A stretch of DNA of 25,432 bases, taken from NCBI GenBank assembly GCA_048938895.1, contig JBHLLU010000055.1, positions 1 through 25,432 on the forward strand, in the 5' to 3' direction. This stretch comes from Promethearchaeota archaeon (GTDB lineage: Archaea; Asgardarchaeota; Lokiarchaeia; Sigyniarchaeales; SOKP01). The translations under genes and the position numbers were made by a program. Below are positions 1 to 8,031 of the stretch, piece after piece; the stretch's first letter is position 1; each line of letters opens with the position of its first letter. Below the pieces are notes generated by a model. The model did not search any database and was not told where the DNA came from. It saw only the letters and a program-made list of their open reading frames with translations.

Positions 1-107
1 GCTTTCTAGACGTAATTTTAATTCAATCGAAGGTTTTTTAAGTGGTTTTTAATTTTCAATTACAATTTAGTATAAACATTTTAATTAGGTATAGGAGAAT
101 AAAAAAA

Positions 108-389
108 ATGATTTTTGAAGAATTGATCGGATTGTTAAAGAAGAAAGGGTTCAAGGATACGCTCTATGTGCTTACAAAAAACAATAACAAGCTTGATAAG
201 CATACTTTTTATAATGAGTTAAACAAATTTTCATACTACAACTCATTCTTCCGTGTTAAAGATGAGCTTATAAAGAAGGGACTTATCGAGATAGAACAAA
301 ATAATAAGGTTAAGCATATAAAGCTAACTGAAAAGGGTTTAGACGTTTATAATAAATTGGAAGAAATCAATAATTTAGTCAAAAAATAA
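108..389 (+). CDS. Small winged helix-turn-helix protein (93 aa), putative transcriptional regulator
   Basis: ATG at 108 is preceded by AGGAG (93-97), so it is preferred to the track's GTG at 42. The C-terminal 'ELIKKGLIEIEQ...KHIKLTEKGLDVY' is the classic wHTH wing pattern (L..GLI...LTEKG). Confidence 0.8.
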   Translation: MIFEELIGLLKKKGFKDTLYVLTKNNNKLDKHTFYNELNKFSYYNSFFRVKDELIKKGLIEIEQNNKVKHIKLTEKGLDVYNKLEEINNLVKK

Positions 390-436
390 ACCCCCTATTT
401 TATTTCAATAGCTTTTTCTTAAGGGAGTCGCGAATT

Positions 437-1057
437 TTGATACTAAAACACCTTGTTGTTGGGATGTATATTACCAACGCATACATATTCGGTTCAACGA
501 ATACAAAAGAGGTTGTAATTATTGATCCCGGCAGTGAACCAGAAAAAATTATCAAGACAGTTGAAGATTTAGATGCAAATCCAATCGCTATCTTAATTAC
601 CCATGGCCATGGGGATCATGTGGGTGCTGTGGGAGTAATATCAAGTTATTATGAAATTCCTGTAAAGGCCCACGAAAGATCCTATAGATTTTCTGGTGGA
701 CAATTAAAAGAGGGGGACACTGTTAAGATTGGAGAATATACTTTATATGTTTTAGAAACACCGGGACATGCTCCTGATTCTTTATGTTATTATTCAAAAG
801 ATGTAAAAGAATACGAGGGACGGAGCATAGATGGTATCATTTTTACAGGTGATTTAATTTTTCGGAGGAGCATTGGAAGATCAGATTTTGGAGGTGGGAA
901 CACAAAACAATTGTTTGCATCCATTAAAAATAAAATAATGTATAATCCAGAGATTACAGATAATTTTCTCATCTTTTCAGGACATTCATACCAAGGATTT
1001 CTTACATCAGTAGGAGAAGAAAGAAAATATAACATGTTTAAAGATTATTTTTTATAA
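437..1057 (+). CDS. MBL-fold metallo-hydrolase, glyoxalase II/YcbL-like
   Basis: THGHGDH (HxHxDH), IIDPG, TPGHAPDS, FTGD and SGH motifs. TTG start with GGAG at 424-427. Confidence 0.92.
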   Translation: MILKHLVVGMYITNAYIFGSTNTKEVVIIDPGSEPEKIIKTVEDLDANPIAILITHGHGDHVGAVGVISSYYEIPVKAHERSYRFSGGQLKEGDTVKIGEYTLYVLETPGHAPDSLCYYSKDVKEYEGRSIDGIIFTGDLIFRRSIGRSDFGGGNTKQLFASIKNKIMYNPEITDNFLIFSGHSYQGFLTSVGEERKYNMFKDYFL

Positions 1058-1082
1058 AACTTAGGCTTTTTAATAAGACTTC

Positions 1083-1103
1083 AAAAGAAAAAAGGTAAAA
1101 AAA
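1083..1103 (-). terminator. Probable oligo-T terminator of the DUF4139 gene
   Basis: A-rich tract on + (aaaagaaaaaaaggtaaaaaa), i.e. T-runs on -, immediately after the stop at 1107. Archaeal intrinsic terminators are oligo-T tracts. Confidence 0.45.
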
Positions 1104-1106
1104 TAG

Positions 1107-3149
1107 TTATACATCTAATTTTTCCATATTTGTTTGAATTTTTTTATTTAAATCATCAATATCTTTTTCCAATTTTTTGAGTTCAGCTGAGATTGTTTCA
1201 AATCGGTTTTCCTGGTCATTTAACTTTTTAACATATCTTTCCTTTAAAGTAATTGATTGAGAATCATCACCTAAGACAGAAATATTCTCTCGAAGTCTTG
1301 CTTGTTCATTATTCATTAAGTCTCTTTCTTCATATAGCTTATCCCTCTTAGTATTAAAATCATTTAGTTTCTGGATTAATGTGCCTATTTCCTTTAGTTG
1401 AGTCTCAAGTTCCGCGTCAATAAACTTCTTTTTTACATAAAACCCTACTCTTTTTAGAAAATCCTCTTTAGCCCAATTCCAGAGATAATTACTTGTATAA
1501 TCCTCTCTCTGTTCTTTTAAGGTAAAGGTAATAGCATCTTTGGGTTTTAAAGATATTTTAAATCTCCAGTAGTTTGGAGTTTCTTCAGGATCCATTGGCT
1601 TTTCGATGAATTCAAAATTATAGTTTTTAGGATGATCTAAGTATAATTCTTTTTCTTCATCAGTTTTATTTCTAATTTTATAAATTGTTGTAAGATTGCT
1701 GTAGTAATGCTCATAAGAATATCCACTTCCAAAAGTAACTTTATGTACACTCAGATTCTCTGATTTTTGCTCATGTGTAATAATAACAGCTTGTTCAATA
1801 GCATAATTTAAAAGCCTAATATCATCTTTGTTCAAAAAAGGAATAATCGCTTCTCCAGCGAGATTATCATCATAAATAATTGTAGCAGGTCCTCGTTCCA
1901 AGGTTAAATTTGTATTATTGGTGATCTCAATACAAGCATTAGGGTTTTTATCATGTTCATTCTTGTTGTATAACAATATCTTCTTTGCTTTAATTGATTC
2001 GGTTAATATAGGGACTAATGCCGACTGTTTCCTTTTAATGGAGACAGGTTTTGTTATGTTGTATTCAAAAAGTTCTCCTAAGTCCTTTGTCTGAGTTTGT
2101 GTTTGAGTTTTTACTTTATCCAATAGTTCATCATCAGAAAATGTACTCCTCCCATAACCTCCAGCTCCACTAACTGCTCCTACGGGTGGTGGTGCTCCCG
2201 GTGCAGCCATTTTTGCTCTTCTTTTCATGGCTTTCGCTGGTGCCATATCGGCCATAGCGAATTCTCTAAATTCTTCTTTTTCCAATCCTTCTTCAATTTC
2301 AGTAGGTTTAGCACTTAAAACTTTTGGAGGTCTAATTACAGGTCGTTCAATAAAAATAGGCCTATAAAATTCATATTTAAAAGAGACTGGCATTCCAGCC
2401 ACCAAACTCAGTTCAATATTTTCCCAATCTTGATTTGTGGTATTTTCGATTAGACTCCATCCAGATAGTAGACATTTGTTCTCAATTGCTTGTTGTTTAC
2501 TCATGATTAATCGGTAGGAAGTCTTCCAGATTGGACTTTCTCTGATATATGACACAAAAATGTTTCTTTCATTCTCATCATCTCCACCTGATTCACAGTT
2601 AATTATAATCTTTTTAGCATCTTTCTTTTTTCCTGCAATAACCGTATCTAAGAAAAATTTCAGATCCTTTTTTATGTCTTCATTCAAAATATCCAATGAT
2701 TTTATTTCATCAAAGCTAATTTTTTTAATAAATTCCTGGTCTTCTAATAAAACAAGTTTTTTTTCTACAATTTTTTCATTTTTCATAGCCTTCTCTACAG
2801 TCTCAATGCCCATTATTGTTCCTGAAATTTTCTTTGCCCCACCAACTGTTAGATCAACAGCCGCTCCTTTAATTTGAGCAACAAGAGATGTAAAAGAATC
2901 AATATCAGGAATGTTCAGCATAATAGATTTTAATAGCTGAGAAGTGTCTAATGCCGCATCATATGAAATTGAACTGATATAACCTTTCTCACTTGTATCG
3001 AGTACAAAGAGGGATTTTAAGATATCATCCATTTCATCTATTTTAAACTCAATTTCGAAAGTATCTGTTCCTTTTACGATTCCTTCAAGGATATAGTAAG
3101 AGACTCCATGTTTAAAAATAATAACTTTCCTTACTTTCAACTTTGACAT
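1107..3149 (-). CDS. DUF4139/DUF4140-type protein with C-terminal coiled coil (680 aa)
   Basis: N-terminal 'V.IFKHGVSY', 'MDDILKSL', 'YIRESPIWKTSYRL', 'IENTTNQDWENIELSLVAGMP', an Ala/Met/Pro-rich linker and 'GELFEYNI..PVSI.R.QSALVPI' follow the DUF4139 layout. The last ~90 aa show heptad coiled-coil character. Confidence 0.8.
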   Translation of the reverse strand: MSKLKVRKVIIFKHGVSYYILEGIVKGTDTFEIEFKIDEMDDILKSLFVLDTSEKGYISSISYDAALDTSQLLKSIMLNIPDIDSFTSLVAQIKGAAVDLTVGGAKKISGTIMGIETVEKAMKNEKIVEKKLVLLEDQEFIKKISFDEIKSLDILNEDIKKDLKFFLDTVIAGKKKDAKKIIINCESGGDDENERNIFVSYIRESPIWKTSYRLIMSKQQAIENKCLLSGWSLIENTTNQDWENIELSLVAGMPVSFKYEFYRPIFIERPVIRPPKVLSAKPTEIEEGLEKEEFREFAMADMAPAKAMKRRAKMAAPGAPPPVGAVSGAGGYGRSTFSDDELLDKVKTQTQTQTKDLGELFEYNITKPVSIKRKQSALVPILTESIKAKKILLYNKNEHDKNPNACIEITNNTNLTLERGPATIIYDDNLAGEAIIPFLNKDDIRLLNYAIEQAVIITHEQKSENLSVHKVTFGSGYSYEHYYSNLTTIYKIRNKTDEEKELYLDHPKNYNFEFIEKPMDPEETPNYWRFKISLKPKDAITFTLKEQREDYTSNYLWNWAKEDFLKRVGFYVKKKFIDAELETQLKEIGTLIQKLNDFNTKRDKLYEERDLMNNEQARLRENISVLGDDSQSITLKERYVKKLNDQENRFETISAELKKLEKDIDDLNKKIQTNMEKLDV

Positions 3150-3171
3150 AGAATTATTATAAGTACCTATT

Positions 3172-3185
3172 TATATAAATGTTAA
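3172..3185 (-). promoter_or_regulatory. BRE/TATA promoter of the DUF4139 gene, probably giving a leaderless mRNA
   Basis: The minus strand reads TTAACA-TTTATATA. The TATA box (3179-3172) ends about 23 nt before the ATG at 3149, and no SD lies next to the ATG. Confidence 0.55.
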
Positions 3186-3367
3186 GTGAATGTGAAAACA
3201 TTTTAAATTAGAAAACATGTTGGATTTCATTCAGTATTTCTAATTTCTTAATCTTGTTCTCTTCTTTATTAAAATGCAGAAATATTAAGCTAAATTAAAA
3301 ATATATTATTTCACCATATATAGAGGATTTCTAATAGAGATTATGATGTCTAGAGCCTTTTATAAGT

Positions 3368-3817
3368 CTAAAGCTTCCCAATAAGTACCTTTATTTGTGA
3401 GTCTGTATTAATGAGCGCATGTATTTTCCTTATTTTATCACACACTGTAATAAGTGAAATGGCTCTATACCGAAATTCATCAATATATAATTTTCCATAA
3501 TAACTTTCAAGTTGAATGTTAAAGAGGTAGTCTGGATCCCCATGTGCTTGCTCTAATTGCTCTTTCGTCAGAAGAAAATTTCTTTCTCTTAGTTGATTAT
3601 AATAGCTCTTTCTCTCACTATAGGTGTTCTTTTAATAATCATGTGGGGATTTTTCATAAATTTGGTTTAGAATATGGGATAATACCGCACGTCGCTCACT
3701 GGAATCACTGCCCGAAATCAACATGTTATACTTAAATTGCCAAAGGGGGATATTATCAACCATTATTCCCGTTTTTAAATCTTTAACTTCATACCCAATA
3801 TTAATGGTTCTTGACAT
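3368..3817 (-). pseudogene. Interrupted remnant of a HerA/DUF87-like P-loop protein
   Basis: The 61-aa ORF (..NMLISGSDSSERRAVLSHILNQI.., degenerate Walker-A context) ends at TAA 3634-3632. The same frame stays open for 87 more codons (KNTYSERKSYYNQLRERNF...GKLYIDEFRYRAI...VLIGKL) to TAG 3370-3368. Confidence 0.55.
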
Positions 3818-3952
3818 GGTTTTTCATCTAATTTTTTTATATAATAATTATTTAATTTCCTCTATTTAAACAAAAAAACATTATGAAGAAAAATAAGAAA
3901 ATGAGAGGATTAGCACTGATTACTAATCATTAAGGCAAGAATTTGAATGAGC

Positions 3953-4075
3953 TTAAATATATGTGTAGTCCTTCTTGTAAATTTCAATAATTTCATACAA
4001 ATGGCTAACAAACAAGGATTTTAAATCTGATGTTGAATGTAATTTCTTTGAATTCCTCTCAACTGTTCCGGCTAT
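3953..4075 (-). pseudogene. Possible small ORF or 5' gene relic (40 aa) with RBS and ATA start
   Basis: The minus strand reads AAGGTGA-TTTTAGT-ATA GCC GGA ACA..., giving (M)AGTVERNSKKLHSTSDLKSLFVSHLYEIIEIYKKDYTYI*. No recognisable family. Confidence 0.3.
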
Positions 4076-4116
4076 ACTAAAATCACCTTTAAATAAATTA
4101 ACAAAAGTAAAAAAAA

Positions 4117-5874
4117 TTATTTCTTCTTCAATTTTTTCCACTTTACGGTTATTATTAAGACAGCAAAACCAAATGAACCAAAAATAATACTCATCTCAAA
4201 TCCGGGAATTGGGGTAACATCACTACTTCGAAAAGGTAAGGTTACATTTTCGAAATATATGATATTCGTAGGATCGTGTATTAATCTTTTCCCTGCCCAC
4301 GTAGGATAATTTTCTATATGCATATGATAAAGGTTGTCTACTATGGTAAACCCTGGAATAACTTTAGCTAAATCCTCGATCGTATAGAGGAAATTCAATT
4401 CTGGATTAACAAGATGACCAAAATAACTATTTGAGAGAAGGAAAATGTTGTTAACATTAGATCCTCTCGACTCAGTTATTAAAGACTCCCCGCTGGATGG
4501 ATAATCGTATAATGTATAATTTTTCTTCAATGGATTTACAAGATTGATTTCAGCAACAGTATCGTTATGTGACTCAAATTGAAACATATCTGATGGAACT
4601 GAAAGTTCTTTTTGATTGACTTCTTTAATATCAAACGAGGAGAGAAAATAATTGTATTTTGGAATAGCGAGCCCTAGATTGTACTTTTCAAAAATCCCAT
4701 AGTCATCAAGGTGAGTTAAATCTGGAAAATCTAAAGTAAGGCTTAAATCTGCTTGACCTCCTCCAATTTTATAATCAAACCCATAAGAAAAATCATTTGG
4801 AGTGGTAGTATCCTCTATCCATTGCTCTCTGGGGATATCATTACGGCCAATTACCATGTCCATTGGAAATCCATTATAATCAATACCCCATACAAGAGTA
4901 TCATTTCCGACTAAAGAAGGGCGTGTAAATTTAATCAAGGAGGCTATCTCCTTAACCGTTCTATCATTCGGAAATTTTCCTGAGGTTGTACTGTTCATTT
5001 CTGGACTTATTAGCATATAGGTGGCCTCTCTTGCGATGGGTCTTATCCAACCATTAGTCTCAGCTCCAGAATGTATATCTAGTGGTCCAGTATATTGAGG
5101 TGTCTCAGGTCGTCCAAGGGTGTATATTCCATCATTATTTCTATCGCGAAACACCAAGAATTCCGAGAAAGTGCTTGCCCATGCAATATGGTCTCCCTTC
5201 TCTGTAGAATATAGCTGGAATATAAGGAAAAAAGGCATTGTAAATGTTGTATTTATTTTATAATGTCTATACCACCCTTCGGGGGTGTGATATTTGCCTG
5301 AGCAGTTAGTTGTATCATAAATTTCATCGGTTTGATTCCAGGAATCAATTAACTCATTGGTATCAATGTTATACTTCTTAATTTCTCGGTCAATTATCTG
5401 ATGGTTCTCCTCAACATATTGATATTTGTATCCATAGGCATCTCTATAATAATCCCAGTCATAATCTCCCTTTTTTAAAGCCATCCACACTAGCTTTACA
5501 CTACTTCCATAATCCACATCTACCCTATAAACCTCAATATCAATATCAACATTCAGATATCCACTACAAGTATAGTTACAAAAATGAGAATAATTTGCAT
5601 CATAATTCACAGTTCTCCTTTCTTCGAAATACGCATTATCAGAATGATTAAAATAGGTAACCTCGTCAGTAAAGGTATCAGAATAAGAACCTGTGTAGTT
5701 CTCTGTTAATGGATCACCATCCCACACTAATGAAAGTGAAGTAGAGTATGTTGTCTGTTTCCATGAAAAAGTGGCAACCTCATCCTCTTGAGCATTTCCT
5801 GTTAAAAGAAAATAGTGAAGATTCATAAATAAAATTACTAAAATTAGTGGAAATACCTTATAACTCTTTTTTAT
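4117..5874 (-). CDS. Secreted cell-surface protein with Loki-CTERM/PGF-CTERM-like anchor
   Basis: The C-terminus is IPGF + hydrophobic helix + KWKKLKKK. Extending 16 codons upstream of the track's ATG (5826) to ATA 5874, 6 nt after AGGTGA, restores a full signal peptide (MKKSYKVFPLILVILFMNLHYFLLTGNA|QED). Also has a DRNNDG loop, a late IHDP motif and many N-x-S/T sequons. Confidence 0.8.
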   Translation of the reverse strand: MKKSYKVFPLILVILFMNLHYFLLTGNAQEDEVATFSWKQTTYSTSLSLVWDGDPLTENYTGSYSDTFTDEVTYFNHSDNAYFEERRTVNYDANYSHFCNYTCSGYLNVDIDIEVYRVDVDYGSSVKLVWMALKKGDYDWDYYRDAYGYKYQYVEENHQIIDREIKKYNIDTNELIDSWNQTDEIYDTTNCSGKYHTPEGWYRHYKINTTFTMPFFLIFQLYSTEKGDHIAWASTFSEFLVFRDRNNDGIYTLGRPETPQYTGPLDIHSGAETNGWIRPIAREATYMLISPEMNSTTSGKFPNDRTVKEIASLIKFTRPSLVGNDTLVWGIDYNGFPMDMVIGRNDIPREQWIEDTTTPNDFSYGFDYKIGGGQADLSLTLDFPDLTHLDDYGIFEKYNLGLAIPKYNYFLSSFDIKEVNQKELSVPSDMFQFESHNDTVAEINLVNPLKKNYTLYDYPSSGESLITESRGSNVNNIFLLSNSYFGHLVNPELNFLYTIEDLAKVIPGFTIVDNLYHMHIENYPTWAGKRLIHDPTNIIYFENVTLPFRSSDVTPIPGFEMSIIFGSFGFAVLIITVKWKKLKKK

Positions 5875-6234
5875 ACTTAATCACCTGAATTTTTAAAAAA
5901 ATTTTTTGTTCATGTCTCAGAACAATTAATTATTTCATAACAAACAAATTCGTTATAATAATGTAATGAAAAGAAACTCTTGCTTATATAAATTACCATA
6001 TACTCGGTCCAGTGAAATCTTTTTTTGTGTACCAAATTACACTCGATAAATTCTGATTTTGATACTCAAATTAGAATTTTTTGAACATAAATGTCATGTT
6101 TCTTTTTTACCAAGAAATAATAAAACTTAACTAATAATCTCCTTTCCCTAATTTTGCCCAAGCTTGAATTGGTATTTATACTTATATATTTAGTATTAAG
6201 AACGTTTAAAAATCTAACCTTGAGAAGATTACCC

Positions 6235-6594
6235 ATGAAGAGAAAAAGAACCATTCGTTTAAAAGACCCACAATTAATAAAAATTAGAAATAATCTAAGA
6301 ACATTGATTAAGGCAGCGTGTCTAGTAAGAGCAAGAGAAATTAATGATGAATAGATAAAAATACTTGAAGGAGGAACAAGAAATCAAACTAACATTAGAA
6401 ATTTAGCATGAGAATCTAATGAACTTGAGATAGCCCTTCGAGATTCTATTATTGAATGCCCTGCATGCTTTTATTCTGAAAAAGACATGACATTCAATCC
6501 AAATACCAAAATGTGGTATTGTGCGAGTGGTTATAAAACTATGCAAAAACATAATGATGTGGAAATGGATGGGGAAATAGTAAACTTTCCGTAA
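6235..6594 (+). pseudogene. Zinc-ribbon protein pseudogene with two in-frame stops
   Basis: One frame of 120 codons: MKRKRTIRLKDPQLIKIRNNLRTLIKAACLVRAREINDE*IKILEGGTRNQTNIRNLA*ESNELEIALRDSIIECPACFYSEKDMTFNPNTKMWYCASGYKTMQKHNDVEMDGEIVNFP*. Stops are TAG 6352-6354 and TGA 6409-6411; ligands are CPAC...CASG. Confidence 0.75.
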
Positions 6595-6645
6595 TTTTAC
6601 CAAACTCTGGATTGGGTCAATTAAAAAGATAGAAAAAAGAATAAT

Positions 6646-6930
6646 TTACTTTAGAATAATCAGAATCAAGTTCTCCTCTAGTGCGACCATTGTTTCTCCT
6701 TTCGAGGTCTCTAGACGGATAAAATTAAGCTCTCCTTCCTTTAACGCCTCAACCACCTGCTTTCCCTTCCCGATAAGCGATGTAACGTACGCAGCAACCT
6801 CTTCACTCAACTCAATCTCCAGATTAGAATCAATTGGCAAACCTGACGAATCACAGATGATTACACCCCTGATACCTTCGCGTTCCTCGAAACGACGGAT
6901 TATTGCTTTAACTTCCTGCCGATTTATCAC
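6646..6930 (-). CDS. Roadblock/LC7 protein, dynein light chain roadblock-like (94 aa)
   Basis: 'GIRGVIICDSSGLPIDSN', 'ELNFIRLETSKGETMVA', 'LILIIL'. GTG start 8 nt after AAGGTGG (6945-6939). Confidence 0.9.
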   Translation of the reverse strand: MINRQEVKAIIRRFEEREGIRGVIICDSSGLPIDSNLEIELSEEVAAYVTSLIGKGKQVVEALKEGELNFIRLETSKGETMVALEENLILIILK

Positions 6931-7047
6931 TTTTTATTCCACCTTAAGAAAAAATTCTTTTTAAGAAAAATTAGATTCTTAATTTTTACTAATATAATAG
7001 ATTTAACGTTTTTAAAAATTTATATTAAAAATTCTCGCTTCAAGATT

Positions 7048-7410
7048 CTAATTTTTACTATTTGTATGATATTCAAGTGCTTTTAGTGCAAACCTACTTG
7101 ATACCGTTGCAGGACCCCCTCCCATTTCGATTCCCACTTCTATTGCTTCAATTATTTCCCTTTCTTTTGCACCATTCTTCAATGCTTCTTTGATATGCCA
7201 TTCGATACATGATTCACAATTAATAACAATTGAAATACCTAACGCTATTAATTCTTTATAAAGTTTCTTTAAATCACCATCAGAAAAAGTGTTACGTTCT
7301 AAATCAATAAACGATTTGTATACTTTTGAATCTTTATTTACAAAAGTTTGGTGAGCATTCTCTCTATCCCTAATAATCTTTTCAATTTTTTCCTTATCTG
7401 TATTATCCAT
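7048..7410 (-). CDS. Carboxymuconolactone decarboxylase / AhpD family protein
   Basis: 'KELIALGISIVINCESCIEWH...ALKNGA...EIIEAI' (CxxCxxxH). ATG at 7410 follows AAGGTTGA and is preferred to the track's start at 7437. Confidence 0.9.
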   Translation of the reverse strand: MDNTDKEKIEKIIRDRENAHQTFVNKDSKVYKSFIDLERNTFSDGDLKKLYKELIALGISIVINCESCIEWHIKEALKNGAKEREIIEAIEVGIEMGGGPATVSSRFALKALEYHTNSKN

Positions 7411-7622
7411 AAAATCAACCTTTAAGTTTTTATACAAACTCTTTATGAATGAATTTGTTATTGTATTTTATAAAATTTTGAATATCATAAAATAACATTT
7501 CTTCTTTTTAATTAGTTGATAAATTTAAATTGCTTAAACGATATATTTTTACTATAAATTAATTAAGATAATTTCTTAACCAACTTCAAAACACTCAAAT
7601 TATTTCAAAAGGATTAGTAAAG

Positions 7623-7976
7623 ATGGTTGACAAAAAAAAATTAGAACAAAAGTTAGCTGAACTTATGGATATTGTTCCTGAATGTGAGGGGCTTATCGCC
7701 GCTGATTCAAATGGTAAGGTAATTATTGGTCAAACCCTTACAGAAATGGATCATGGGAAAATAGCTAAAGCTTGTGCTACCATTATCAAAGATTCGAATA
7801 ATCTAGGGAAGGATATTGATAAAGGAGAATTGAAAACTACTACAATCGAATTAGAGAAGGGATTTGCTGTACTTGTTGGCTCAGAAAAAGCAGTTCTAAT
7901 AGGATTGGCCGGAACAGATGGACGTAGTTCTTTAGCATTATTAAAAAGAAATTTAATATCAATATCTAACTTATAA
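7623..7976 (+). CDS. Roadblock/LC7 (MglB-like) protein (117 aa)
   Basis: 'LAELMDIVPECEGLIAADSNGKVI', 'KGELKTTTIELEKGFAVLV', and a terminal helix 'SSLALLKRNL' typical of the longer MglB/LAMTOR-type roadblocks. Confidence 0.85.
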   Translation: MVDKKKLEQKLAELMDIVPECEGLIAADSNGKVIIGQTLTEMDHGKIAKACATIIKDSNNLGKDIDKGELKTTTIELEKGFAVLVGSEKAVLIGLAGTDGRSSLALLKRNLISISNL

Positions 7977-8031
7977 ATTGATCTTGTTTTATCCATTTTA
8001 AAACAAATAAAAAAAGAATTGGGTAAAGAAT

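Noticed and set aside
42-107. N-terminal extension of the wHTH ORF from GTG 42
   Set aside because: It runs through AT-rich promoter-like DNA; the RBS supports ATG 108.
2088-2112. TQTQTQT repeat as a contingency locus
   Set aside because: The codons vary, so there is no perfect DNA tandem repeat to slip.
3883-3933. MKKNKKMRGLALITNH* resembling the start of a signal peptide
   Set aside because: Only 16 codons with no RBS; indistinguishable from chance.
4076-4141. Track's longer start for the 3953-4141 ORF
   Set aside because: It overlaps the upstream gene's end and T-rich terminator; only the part after the RBS is plausible.
6066-6603. ORFs 6066-6254(-), 6403-6603(-) and the 6154 TTG extension
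   Set aside because: Better explained by the single interrupted plus-strand frame 6235-6594 and its promoter.
6409-6645. Selenocysteine recoding of TGA 6409 with a downstream SECIS
   Set aside because: The TGA is not in a Cys/redox motif, an upstream TAG would also need suppression, and I see no convincing hairpin in the short AT-rich 3' region.
6944-6987. TTAAGAAAAA direct/inverted repeats upstream of the roadblock gene
   Set aside because: Imperfect and almost entirely A/T; expected by chance.
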